64,000 nt of DNA. Source: Octopus sinensis. Taxonomy: Eukaryota. The notes under the pieces are model-generated. The model was not told the origin of the DNA, did no database searches, and was given only the letters and a program-made list of their open reading frames with translations. This document shows positions 13,210 to 26,738 of the stretch, piece after piece (position 1 is the first letter of the stretch; every line of letters starts with the position of its first letter). Made by a program: the position numbers and the translations under genes. The stretch is taken from assembly GCF_006345805.1 (NCBI RefSeq), contig NC_043001.1, positions 25,978,001 through 26,042,000 on the forward strand, given 5' to 3'.

Positions 13210-14864
13210 GACCTTAGAAGTACTGGACTGGTTCTTTATTAATTGCAAAAAAGATGGAAGTCAAAGTTGACCTTGGTGGGATTTGAACTCAGACAGGTTG
13301 TTAGTTGCACAACAAGTACTGAGTACAACAAAGTACTAAGCACTCGAATTGGATGGAACCTGGAAGAGGGGAAACTAAGAAAGACACGGGATAAAGTGCT
13401 TATGACTCATCTGAGGATGTTGAATCCCATGAGGGAGATGACAAAGGAATGTAACTTGTACCAACGTGTTGTGTTGGAGATCTCCCCACCTTCACCTTCA
13501 TTACACATGCAGGCATAGAAAAGGGGATACAAAAATGAATATGGTGGTAGAGATGGAGATTAGGTTGTATAATATCTACAGCTGAGTCTCTTCCAACTAT
13601 TACATCTATACATCAAGTCTCCTTATACCACTCTCCATCTCTCTTTTTTTACTCTCCATTCACCATTCACCTTTTCTCTATCAATGTGTTCTCTCTCAAC
13701 AAACTGGTTATGTAATGAAAGACGACATCACATTGGCTCTACCCATTTTCAGTTCCTCTTACCATCAGCTTTCTTTGTTGCTAACCATCACTCTCTCTCT
13801 CTCTCTCTCTCTCATCAATTCCTATCACTCACATCAAACATCTATCATTCTTATTTTACTTTCCATTTTCATTGCTATTCTTCTCTCTTTCTCTGTCTTT
13901 CACAATACTCCTCCCTCTACCGCTCTTTGGTAACACTCTCTTTCTTCTATCAACCTCTCTCTTTCCTATCACTCTCTCTTCCTCCAACATGCAACTCATG
14001 CTGTTTCTGGTCATTCTAGTCAGTCTCCTTACCAACAACCGTCCTCTGTCATCTATCTCTCTCTCTCTCCTATAATCCTATTGCAGTCATATCTCTCTCT
14101 CTTTCTTTCTTTCCTTCTTTCTTTCTTCACCCTCTCTCTTTCACACACACACACACACTTACTAACCTTATTTTCTCTTCTATCACCCTCTAGCTCCTAT
14201 CACTCTTGATTCTTTTTCATCAATCTGTTTTCTATCACCTTCTCGTCTGTGTTGCTTAAATCCAATCTCCTTACCAACAACCATCACACATCTGTCTTCC
14301 ACTCCCTCACCCTCACTTCCATCACCCACTTGCTTCTATCACTCTTGTTCTTTATCACCCTCGGACTCTGGCTCTCTTCTAGTCTAGTTGTATTGTAAAG
14401 AACAGAGACAATGCATAGAAGAGATGACTCTCTTTTGTCTTTCTAGTGGTACTGACAAAAAAAAAAACCCATACACCCCAAAACAAAACAAAAAAACACC
14501 CCATAGAAACAACACAGGACTCTTTAGTCTTGCTGGGTACAAGACAGCCTCTCAAGAACTGAATGTATCTAAGTGCATTCAGAAAGTGGTTAGCAATAGA
14601 AAGACTAACAACCACAGGAACCAGACAATATTACCATCCAGTGAAGGGAACACGGAATTACTCATCAGAGGAATTTACAGCATGAATGACAACTAATAGT
14701 AGTCACAGACGTTAGATACTAACCAATGTGGTTAGCTGTAACCTGGAACATAACTGAGAGCCATCACGGTATCCGCCCAGACGATATATCTCTCCAAACA
14801 CACACACACACGCGCACACACACATGCACACACACACACACACACACATCTTTATCATTCTTTT

Positions 14865-15951
14865 ATCTTTTACTTGTTTCTGGTATTGGACTGCAGCCAA
14901 GCTGGAGCACTTCCTTGACGGATTCAATCAAACAAATAAGTTTTCTCTTTCTTTTTTTTTTAAAGTCTGGTAGTTATTCTCTTGGTCTCTTTTGCTGACC
15001 TGCTAAGTTATGAGGAAATAAAGAAACAGCCACTGATTGTCAAGCAATGGTAGTAGTGGTGGTGGTGGTAGTGGTGAAGGGGGACAAACATAAACATAAA
15101 GACACACATACATGAATATATATACAAACTTCCACACAGTTTCTTACTTCTTTACTGCCCACAAGGGGCTACACACAGAGGGGACAAATAAGGACAGACA
15201 AACGGATCAAGTCGATTATATTGACCCCAGTGCGTAACTGGTACTTATTTAATCAACCCCGAAAGGATGAAAAACAAAGTCAACCTTGGTGGAATTTGAA
15301 TTCAGAACATAGTGGCAGATGAAATACTGCTAAGCATTTCGCCTGGCGTGCTAACATTTCTATCAACCAAATTCATTTGCACAATGAGGCTGAATCCAAA
15401 ACCACATGGTTGTAAAGTGGGCTTCTTAACCATACAGCCATGCCTGCACACACTCCCTCTCATGCACACACACACACATACACATATACACACACAAACA
15501 TACACACATCTATCCCCCTCCACATTCTTTTCTACTCTAGGTACAAGGCCTGAAATTTTGGGGGAGGGGGCCAGTCAATTAGATGAACCCCAGTCTGCAA
15601 CCGGTACTTAATTTATCAACCCAGAAAGGATGAAAGGCAAAGTTGACCTCAGCGGAATTTGAACTCAGAACATAAAGATAGAGGAAATACCGCTAAGCAT
15701 TTCGCCCGGCATGCAAACGTTTCTTATTTCTTTATTGCCCACAAGGGGCTAAACACAGAGGGGACAAACAAGGACAGACAAAGGGATTAAGTCGATTACA
15801 TTGACCCCAGTGCGTAACTGGTACTTAATTTATCGACCCCGAAAGGATGAAAGGCAAAGTCGACCTCGGCAGAATTTGAACTCAGAACGTAACGGCAGAC
15901 AAAATACCACTAAGCATTTCGCCCGGTGTGCTAACATTTCTGCCAGCTCAC
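14865..15951 (-). mobile_element. Nested SINE cluster: old family A copy interrupted by family B (15143-15360), followed by further family B copies
   Basis: The family A sequence resumes after the family B insert (…acagtttct | tttctatcaacc…). Confidence 0.75.
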
Positions 15952-17542
15952 TGCTTTCCCTCCCACCCACCCACATTAGATATAAACATGTTCTATACAT
16001 ACACATATATAAGATATAAATATGTTACTTATATATGAATTATCTACATGGAAATTCTTATTCTTTACATAAATTTACATCTAGATCAAGAAATAATTGG
16101 AAGGATCAGGCTTTTAACATGCAAACTGTGAAAAATTTAAGATAAAACTGAAGTAGAATGACTGTAAATTCTTGATAAAAAGGTAAGTAAAGAAAAGTAG
16201 TTTCTAAGTTCTTGAAGCATAGAGAATAGTAACATTTTCTGGTGTATTTTTTGAAAGATCTAAAATACATTTTCTCTTTTAAAAGACATTTATCAATCAT
16301 CAAACATACAACTTTTGACTGAGATGAATATAAAAAATTATTACAATTGAATTTTTAAAAAAAAAGTAACAAACAAACCACAAAGTTTCACCCTCATCCA
16401 TTTGTATGCACATTCAAACACACAACAACAACAACAGTAACATTTATAGTAGTAATAATATTGATTTCTTACATAACACCAAGAAAGAGAAAAATAATTA
16501 AAAGAAAATGAAAAAAAGAAGAGAAGAATGGAAATCTGAGATAATGCTCAGAGCCTTCTAAGCGAAATAATAGTTTACACTTGAATGCTGAGAGCAGGTG
16601 AAAGAGAAGTATACTGAATGTATTGTAATTAAGGTAAAATGCACTCAAAGTATCAAATTGTGAGCGTAAGTTTATTTAGAAAATCTCTCACAAAGAAATG
16701 ACAATTCTGTTGCAGAAGTTGCTATATAAACAAACATGTTAATTCATCTTAATTTGCCAAGAAACTGAGTGCATCAAAGAAAAACAAAAGAAACTGGAGT
16801 CAAGTCATGCATAACAGTAAATCGCTTCAAGAACTGTGAAATAATTGGAAAAAACCAAGCCAGTGTGATCTAGAGAAAAATAGTATCCTAGAATAAGTAA
16901 ACAGAAATTAATTATTGTTTTGGTACGAATAATTAGCATGTGCTTCTTTTTTTACCTTGTTGTTTCAAATAAACAGAAAATTGGGAGTACAAATATCAGC
17001 GAAAGATAATTTATTTTATGAATGAAACCGACAATGCATCGCATAATGCACTGGCATTCAATTAAAGAAATCACAATTTCTGAATTTTTCAAATAAAGAA
17101 ATGCCAACAGCTTGTACATGCCACACATTAGCATTTAGTTTACTTGTAAGGAAATTATGCATCTCGAGGCTTCCTTCCCTTTAAACTAAAACATGAGCAA
17201 ATAAAGAAATTGATTTCAAATTTTACAATTATAAGAAAAACAACAGAAAGAAAAAAAGAGAATCTGATTGACATTTCATTATAATTAGATATTTTTTTAA
17301 AATTCAGAATTTTTTTGTAATTAATAAAAGGATGTTTATTTTTTCAGTTGCCATGCGAGTTATCCGTTATATAGGGTACAGAGCAGCTGAGTGGTTAAGA
17401 ATTGGTTCTAGGTTCAGCCCCACTACATGGCATCTTGGGCAAGTGTCTTCTATTATACCCACCCCCATCATGTGTGTGTGTGTGTATGAGAGAGATGGCA
17501 TCATCTTGTCTTAATATAGTGTGATTGTTGTATATGTCTTTA

Positions 17543-17932
17543 TGCTTTTACTTGTTTTAGTCATTTGACTGTGGCCATGCTGGAGCACCGCCTTTAGTCG
17601 AGCAAATCGACCCCAGAACTTATTCTTTGTAAGCCTAGTACTTATTCTATTGGTCTATTTTGCCGAACCGCTAAGTTACGGGGACCTAAATACACTAGTA
17701 TCGGTTGTCAAGCGATGTTGGGGGGACAAACACAGACACACAAACATACACACACACACATATATATACACATACATACAATGGGCTTCTTTCAGTTTCT
17801 GCCTACCAAATCCACTCACAAGGCTTTGGTTGGCTCGAGGCTATAGTAGAAGACACTTGCCGAAGGTGCCACACAGTGGGACTGAACCCGGAACCATGTG
17901 GTTGGTAAGCAAGCTACTTACCACACAGCCAC
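17543..17932 (-). mobile_element. SINE family A, full length, young
   Basis: Retains many CpGs; colinear with the other copies. Confidence 0.85.
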
Positions 17933-18676
17933 GTATACAAATGGTGTTCTTTGTTTCAAAACATCCATGTAAACATGTCCGGCAATGGACAAATATTAGG
18001 TTAGATGGAGACAGGTGAACGTTGGCAACAGGAAGGGTATCCAGCCATAAAAAATTGTCTCAACCAACACAAGCGTGAAAAAGTGAATATTATAATGATG
18101 ATGTCACAGATGAAATCATTGGCAAGAACTTGTTGAGAAGTTGCACTTGGACACAATGTTTTCTGCTGGATTTAAAAGCTAAAAGCAATATACTAGACTT
18201 AAAACTAGATACAATGTTATCTTGTACTTTTCAAATATTGACAGCAGATTACTTTACTAATTCTCTCTATCTAGCCCTTCCAGCTAGACATTTTCACTAC
18301 AATCATCATCATTTTCTCTCTTGTCCAACGGGGGTAACCATGTATATCTCCTACAGCAAAATACCTGTTCCTGTCCCTCTGTCATACTAAAAAAACTTCT
18401 TATCACCTGGCATGATGCCATGTCCCTCAATACTAGACCTTTTTCAGTTGAGGGGTCTTGTATTATGAGTTACTTAGTGATCTCACTAGTGCTGGTGCCA
18501 CATAAAAAGCACCCAGTTCTGTAATGTGGTTGGTATTAGGGAGAGTATCAAGCTACAGAAACCCTGTCAAAGCAGACATTAGAACTTTGTGCAGTCCTCT
18601 GGTTCACCAGCTCCTGTTGAATGATCCAATTTATGCTAGCATGGAAAATGGATATTAAACGGTGATGATGATTTAA

Positions 18677-18906
18677 GGTGGTGAGCTGGCAGAAACGTTA
18701 GCATGCTGGGCGAAATGCGTAGCCGTATTTCGTCTGCCGTTACATTCTGGGTTCAAATTCTGCCGAGGTCGACTTTGCCTTTCATCCTTTCGGGGTCGAT
18801 AAATTAAGTACCAGTTATGCACTGGGGATCGATGTAATCGACTTAATCCGTTTGTCTGTCCTTGTTTGTCCCCTCTGTGTTTAGCCCCTTGTGGGTAGTA
18901 AAGAAA
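18677..18906 (+). mobile_element. SINE family B
   Basis: ggtggtgagctggcagaaacgttagc...gtgggtagtaaagaaata. Confidence 0.85.
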
Positions 18907-19493
18907 TAGATGATGATGATGATGATGATGAAGAAGAAGAAAACGATGACAACAGTGATGACAATGTTGATGATGGTGTAGGGTGGTGCTGAAAAATAAT
19001 ACCAGCAAATCCAGGAAAGAAGTCTACTGCTGGATTTGAATACGTACAGATGAACAAAGATATCATAGTAGTAACGATATTTTATCATTTCTTACACAAG
19101 GCTACAAAATTCTGAGGAGGGAATAATTGATTAACGCCAGCCAGCTACTGGATTGGTACTTATTTTACTAACTGGGGAAAAATGAAAGACAATGTTTGAC
19201 CTTGGAAGTATTTGAATTTAGAATGTAAAGGAATGGGGGTCAAGGCATTTTGTCTGAAGATCTATTGATTCTGTTATCTATCACTCTAATCATAAGAAGA
19301 AGAATGATTTCTAACATAGGTACAAGAATATAAATTTTAGTGGAAGATATAATCGATTAGAACAACCATAGATGCTTATTTTATCGACTCTAGAAAGATG
19401 AAAGGCAAAGTTGATCACAGTAAGATTCGTATCTAAATACTACAAGGCATTTTGTCCTTTGCCCTATCAATTCTACCATTCACTGTCCTAAAA

Positions 19494-19502
19494 ATAATAA
19501 TA

Positions 19503-19549
<47 letters not shown>

Positions 19550-19566
19550 GAAGAAGAAGAAGAAGA
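19494..19566. repeat. (AAT)n-(AAG)n compound microsatellite
   Basis: Direct reading. Confidence 0.9.
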
Positions 19567-19880
19567 AAGAGAAGATAGAAGACAAATAAGAAGCATATTA
19601 ACACTTTACTGCTGTATTAACAGTGTCTTGTTCCAATGCCATGAATATACCTATAAATTTTTAGCCAATACTGTATGTAGATGCATGTTAACACACCACT
19701 AGTTTAATAATTGAACTAGCTGTTAAGAATGCATTATATATGCAGACTGCTCAATCGAATCCACTTGGTGTCTTAGTAGCATTATAATGCTATATAAGAT
19801 AGTGTCTCCATGGACAGTTAGAAAGTGTACAAAAGATTGAAATTAGTCTAGCTGATCCCACTTTTTTCAGTCCACAGACA

Positions 19881-20278
19881 TCTTTATATATAAAAGAGAA
19901 GTTGTGTGTCTGTCTCCTACGATTTAGATTCCTAACTACTCCCACATTTTGCGGTGCAGTTTAACCAAAACCGGGTATCTTATAGTCGTGATTCATATCG
20001 AGCCCTTCTGGGTATTAGCGTGCGTCTACGATGAGTCTACGATTTAAAAAAAAATTTACCATCATTTTTTTCCATTTTAATGCATTTTTTCGCTATTATA
20101 TAAAGGAAGTAACTCTCTAAAAATGTCTACGATGAGTCAACGATTTAAAAAAAAATTTACCATCATTTGTTTTCCATTTTTAATGCATTTTTTTGCTATT
20201 TTTTGGCTATAACTCTCTAAAAATGCTTATATAGTTATTTCCCTTACAAACCCGAGCAACGCCGGGCGATACTGCTAG
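19881..20278 (+). mobile_element. Non-autonomous Helitron (~398 bp)
   Basis: 5' TC(TTTATATATAAAA) after an A; 3' hairpin CCCG-AGCAACGC-CGGG then CTAG; no TSD; internal ~100-bp tandem duplication (about 20024-20226). Confidence 0.8.
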
Positions 20279-20832
20279 GTGTATATAAATACAGGGTGTT
20301 TACATGCCTATATGTATACTGTGAGCTAAAAATCTATATTGTTATTCTCTAATAGAGTATAGAAGGAGAAAGAAGACAAAAGAGAAAAGAAGGAAGAAAG
20401 ATTTGCTTATTGACTCTGGATTTACTTTACTTCATTTTTGTTTCAGCATTTACAGTTCTAAGAATTGAATTCAGAACAATCTTCCAGAACATTTGACACC
20501 AATAAAGAGAATAATCTTGATTTTCTAGTATCTTGAAATAACTATTGTTAAGATTCTGCTTGTTAATTGTTAAGTGTGACATAGTTCAGCAGTTACAAGA
20601 GACTGATTTTGGCTAACAACTCAACTATTTTCTAGTTGGTATAAATTACATTATAGACAAGGTAGACTGATAAAAAAACAGAAATAACATCACTGACTCA
20701 TTCAGGTAACACGTAAACACATGAAGATGTCATAGAGAATGATCAGTTATTCAAGCAACTTAATCAGTTATTGTTTAGCACTAAGGTAATCTTGAATAAG
20801 ATAATCAAACACATTCCAACCATGACCATACA

Positions 20833-21728
20833 GGAGTATCTATGACTACATTATTCACCTTGTTCTTCCATTTTTAAGATGATTAGGTGTGATTTGTGGA
20901 AGATTTGGTTGCTATTTCCAGTAAGTCAAGCAACTACGTATAAGCTCAATTGCTAGGTGAGGGATGATATCATTTTAGGAGTATCTAAGGCTACATTATT
21001 CACCTTGTTCTTCCATTTTTAAGATGATTAGGTGTGATTTGTGGGAGATTTGGTTGCTATTTCCAGTAGGTCAAGCAACTACGTATAAGCTCAATTGCTA
21101 GGTGAGGGATTATATCATTTTAGGAGTATCTATGACTACATTATTTACCTTGTTCTTCCATTTTTAAGATGATTAGGTGTGATTTGTGGGAGATTTGGTT
21201 GCTATTTCCAGTAGGTCAAGCAACTACGTATAAGCTCAATTGCTAGGTGAGGGATGTTATCATTTTAGGAGTATCTATGACTACATTATTCACCTTGTTC
21301 TTCCATTTTTAAGATGATTGGGTGTGATTTGTGGGAGATTTGGTTGCTATTTCCAGTAGATCAAGCAACTACGTATAAGCTCAATTGCTAGGTGAGGGAT
21401 GATATCATTTTAGGAGTATCTAAGGCTACATTATTCACCTTGTTCTTCCATTTTTAAGATGATTGTGTGTGATTTGTGGGAGATTTGGTTGCTATTTCCA
21501 GTAGGTCAAGCAACTATGTATAAGCTCAATTGCTAGGTGAGGGATGTTATCATTTTAGGAGTATCTATGACTACATTATTCACCTTGTTCTTCCATTTTT
21601 AAGATGATTGGGTGTGATTTGTGGGAGATTTGGTTGCTATTTCCAGTAGGTCAAACAACTATGTATAAGCTCAATTGCTAGGTGAGGGATGATATTATTT
21701 TAGGAGTATCTAAGGCTACATTATTCAC
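20833..21728. repeat. Tandem array of a 145-bp unit (6 full copies plus a partial)
   Basis: Unit starts (GGAGTATC) at 20833, 20978, 21123, 21268, 21413, 21558 and 21703; only a few substitutions between copies. Confidence 0.95.
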
Positions 21729-21729
21729 T

Positions 21730-22450
21730 GTGTCCTACTTTGTTGTTTTAGCAAGATGTGGTGTGATTTGATTAATTTTTAGCTGCTATTTCTAACAGGT
21801 CAAGCAAACACTTTGAGGTTCACTCGTTGGGTGATGGATGGCGGAGTAAAAACACAGAATGTTTAGATCATAATGAAATTAGAAGTGTAAAGAAATTCCA
21901 ACCACATTAATGATAAAGTAATTAAATCAGACGTGGATATTAAAGCTGAGGGACCCTGAGAAAGAATAATATAATACCTAGTGTTCATAAATTATATTTA
22001 AAGACTAAAAAAAAAAAATTAAGAAAAAAAGAAGAAAAAAAATGGAAATTAAAAGGAGGAATTTGTGTTGTTATGAGGATATGATATGAATGAAAGATGA
22101 ATAACTGGATGAATAATTGCCTAAATATTATTAGTAGCAGTGTAAGATGAAGAAGATGGGATAAGGCGGATGGTGGTAAATTGACCTGATTGAGTTGAAG
22201 TTAATGGAAAGCATAATTAGTAAGATTACTTTTAATTGGTTCTTCTGATTGCATCTTGGATTCATGAGAGTTAAAACTGTGCTAAATGCTTAATTATTAT
22301 ACGATCAATTAAATTAATTTAGTCAAGTCTGCTAAAACTGCTTATACAAGCTGTAATGTCAAAAGAAATTTAGATTATTTTAAATATACTTTTAGTATTT
22401 CAATAATCATTTGCTGAAAAATATTAATACTGAAATTATTAATAAGATAA
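21730..22450 (+). repeat. Diverged local segmental duplication, copy 1 (partner ~24470-25180)
   Basis: Colinear from gggtgatggatgg(c/t)ggagt to the AT-rich end; offset about 2.75 kb. Confidence 0.85.
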
Positions 22451-24469
22451 AATATGTTTTTCCAGTCATTTTTCTAGGCTTTCATCGATGCTATGCATTT
22501 TTCTAAGCTTGGTATCTGCATATGAATCTTGAAAGTAAACTGCTAATTGCCTTTTCTCTAAGTAGGTATTGGGTATCTAGTGGAACATCAACGAACCTCA
22601 GTTAGGCCAAAGATAATTATAATGTTCCTAAAATTTTAACTCATAACCAACTGGAATAAAAATCTTAAAATAGAAATATTACAATTTTTTCTTTTTACCT
22701 TTTTTGTAAATTTTTTTTTTTGCATAAGTTACAAATTTTCAGATTTATAATAAAGAAAGAAAAGAGAATGTGTGATGTTCATGTCTTTTGTGATGTAACT
22801 GAAATGTAATTTCAACAATCTAGTTCTGAAAATGAGCTGCAGTCTTAGTTTGACAGAAAGCTTCTAATTTATTCAGCAATCAATATAATCTGGGAATTAA
22901 CCATTCCAATCTAGAACTGCATTTAGGAATGGCTATTATGCATTAATTAATTCATTATAAATAATATTACTTGGTTTGTAAAGAAGAAAATCGAAATTTA
23001 AATTGAATTATTGTCAGAACTGCAATACAATATCTTTTATTTATAATGGAAAATGATTTTGATTGACAATTGAAAAATGTTTAACCCTTGTAGTTCATGA
23101 AAGATTAACCTGACCAGTATGCCATATATATATTTATATATATACATATATATATATGCACACATGTGCAGTAGAAGCCTGCCTATCATGATCGTTTTGG
23201 AATGAAACCTTTTCCATAACAATAACCTGCTGGTGACAATAACTATTTGGTAATATTAAGCCAGGAATATAATATTAATTGGTCATTTGATTCTAATAAG
23301 TGGATAATTTTTCATTCATTTTAGATAAAAGGGTGTGGAGCCCACTAAATTTAATAACAAAAACTGATAACATTATCCAAGATTGTAATAAATGGAATTG
23401 TCTGTGAATGCATATACACACTCACACACATATATCTACATACACCTATGCACTAACACTGCTGGTCATACTGACCAATTCAGCACACCATACTCTCCAT
23501 TCCCAACGCCAACAAATGATTCTGCCATAACCATCACCATCACCACCATAGCTACTAGCAACCATCATCCACATACTTTTGCTACATCTCTGTATCTGGC
23601 ATGCTTTTGTTTAGATCACCATAGTAATTATAAGCAATAGATTAGCAGCAGTTGCCATGTAGCAGTTTACTCGAAAATTTTGATAACCTTCAAAGCTTTG
23701 ATTCTAATAAAGGAATAATTTAAAATTCGTTTTCGTGTAAAGAATATGGGATTAATTAATTTAGATAACAGTATCTGAATGATAACATTATCCATAAATT
23801 TTAATATGTGGCTTCCTTCCATTGCATCTTGCTTCAATATTTTAGATTTTGTTTCCCCCATATTATAATGGCTTTAACTGAATCTTATGAGAGTGCAGAA
23901 CCACTATTTTTATATAGTTTATTTTTATTACAGTTAAACTAATAACCTCTTAGAAATTCCATTAATCTCAACTTTAAATAATAATTTTAAGCTAACAGTC
24001 GGATTGAGCAGGATGCTCCCTTAATTTAATAAATTAAGAAATGAAAGAAACTAAAAGTGAGCCTTAAAAACGAATAAAGTTAAGTAGAGAAAGAGCAGTG
24101 ATTATGATCTTCGTAGACAAGTTATTTCTCTTAATAGGTTAATGTTCAGTTAATGATGCCGTTGGTGTTCAGTTTAAAACATCTGTAGGTTGATGTCTGC
24201 AGGCAGAAGAAGGACAGGAAGAGGGGTGGATAATATTACAAAGGGAAAAGGGAAAAGGATTGAGCAAAGTGAGTGTAGGATGTGAAGGATTCCTTATTTA
24301 TGTAATTTAATCAGTTGTTCTTGTTTTGATGCAGGCCAAGCTTGATTGAGCAAATCTATGATGAAAAACATTGTAGCCATGATCATCTCAACATTTTAGG
24401 AGTGTCTAAGACTACATTATCTAAAGGGATCTTACTTGTTTAAGAGAGTAGGGATGAGTGTCTAAGACT

Positions 24470-25180
24470 CATTATGCAAAATGATTTTCTTTGTTTAAGA
24501 TAGCAGGGATATAATTTGATGGATATTTGGTTGCTGTTTTAGCAGATTAGATGACCATGAAGAGGCTTCCTCATTGGGTGATGGATGGTGGAGTGAAGAT
24601 GGAATATTTAGACTCTAATGAAATTAGAAATATGAAGAAATTCCATGTATATTGATGACAAAGTAATTAAAGGAGACATGGATATTAAAGCTGAGAGACT
24701 CTGAGAAAGAATAATATGATTCTCAGCATTTATAAATTGAATTTAAGAATTAAAAAAAAATGAAGTTGGGAATTAAAAACATCAATTTGAGTTGTTATGA
24801 GGACATGATAATGTGTGAAGGATGAATAATGGATAAATAACCGCCTAAATATTGTTAGTAGCAGTGTAGAATGATGAAGAAGGGATGAAGTGGGTGGGGT
24901 AAATTGACCTGAGTGATTTGAAGTTAATGAAAAGCATAATTAGTAAGAATAATTTTAATTGATTCTTCTGATTGCATCTTGGATTCATGATAGCTAAAAC
25001 TGTGCTAAATGCTTAATTATTATACGATCAATTAAATTAATTTAGCAAAGTCTTGCATATTGCTTATGCAAGTTATCATGTCAAAAGAAATATGAATTAT
25101 TTAAACTTCATTTTTAATATTTCAATAATCATTTACTGAAATTATTAATAAAAAATTAAAATATCTTTTAGCTTCCAGTT
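24470..25180 (+). repeat. Diverged local segmental duplication, copy 2
   Basis: See copy 1. Confidence 0.85.
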
Positions 25181-26418
25181 TTCCAGTTTTTTTATCAATT
25201 GTCATCTCTCCATTGAATGTTTTCCAAGGTCTCTGTTTATTGAAGTTAAGCACAACTTCAATAAACTAAAGAGTATGAGGTATTTAGATGGCATGTAGAT
25301 GATGCCTTTGAGAGGAAGGGTGGTCTTTCCAAGTGTGTTGTTAGTAGTGCTAACAAAGAAGTTATTAGCAGTGCTAACAAAGAAGTTGTCAACAAAGAGA
25401 GGAAAGACTCCAAGAAACATAACTGAATCTCAGAGTCTAACAGAGTCTTTATTGTATAGGTTGGAGATTGTTCTATCAGCACACATATGACAGGATGTCT
25501 CCAATCTAAGAAATGACTAACAAATATATAGATGTGGTTGGAATTGGTAAGGACATCCAGCTGTAAAAACCATGCACTGGAGCACAATACCGTCCTTAGA
25601 TACATTGGATTCTGTCAAACTGTGCAACACTTGCCAGCATGGAACACAAACATTAAATAATCATGATAATAGTAATGAAGATGACGAAATGAAATTGAAA
25701 TTCCAGTAATCACACTGTGTTTAGATTTATGGCATAATACAACATTGAAGAGGAGACCCCCTTTGGTCATGAATGACCATGGGATTGTATCTAGAAAGTT
25801 ACCCTCCGAGGCACAAGTCTGGGCAAGGTTGTTTGTGGAAGGCCAGCAGTTGCCCATGCATACCAGCCTCCCTTCTCCACACCACAGATGTTATCCAAGG
25901 GAAAAGCAAAGGTCGATACAGCTTGGCACCAGTGATGTCGCAACTCATTTCTACAGCTGTGTTAATAGGAGCAACGTGAAATAAAGTGTCTTGCTCAAGA
26001 ACACAACAAGCAGCTCAGTCCGGGAATTGAACTCACAACCTCACCACTGAGCCATGTGCCTTCACATAATACAACATACCATAGCATGTTGTAGTATAAT
26101 ACATTAGTTACTAATTTTATAAGAAGTCATTTCTAAAAATAACTGCTCACAGAAAGCAGCATTTAAGTTGAAGCCTGTTATATATGTGTGTGCCATTGTC
26201 TAGACATCACATGACGACTGTGAATTAGCATCATCATCATCATGCAAGCAAAGTTGTTCATTTGGAGCTTTCCATGAAGAATTTGCCTGGCCATGGGAAA
26301 AATATTGCCTTGCTTGGAAACAGGTAAAGGTTGGCAACAGGAAGGGCATCCAGCCACAGAAAACCTGCTTCAACAAATTGCATCTGATCCATGCAAGCAT
26401 GGAGAAGTGAATGTTAAA

Positions 26419-26516
26419 ATGATGATGATGATGATGATAATGGTGGTGGTGGTGGTGGTGATGACGATGGTGGTGATGATGATGATGATGATGATGATAA
26501 TGATGATGATGATGAT
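26419..26516. repeat. (ATG)n/(GTG)n trinucleotide tract
   Basis: Direct reading; tail of an RTE-associated element. Confidence 0.9.
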
Positions 26517-26738
26517 TAACCTATGTAAGAAACTATTTAGTTTTCCAGTTTGAGTAATGAAGTACAAATCAAAATATTCAAAACTGAGTAAAGAGAAGTT
26601 AGAGGCATAATATCTACCTTTTACCTACTTTCCAAATTATCATTAGATAAGTGTTTAATTCAGTGTTTAATGTCCCACCCTCTTACCCAGTACACTCCCG
26701 CTAGGAAACAGGTAGGACAATAATAAGTTGATACTTAC

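Noticed and set aside
20833-21728. CRISPR array
   Set aside because: Whole 145-bp units repeat with no unique spacers, and the context is eukaryotic.
23667-23861. 64-aa minus-strand ORF ending at a possible phase-2 donor
   Set aside because: No clear acceptor or leader features and no recognisable motif.
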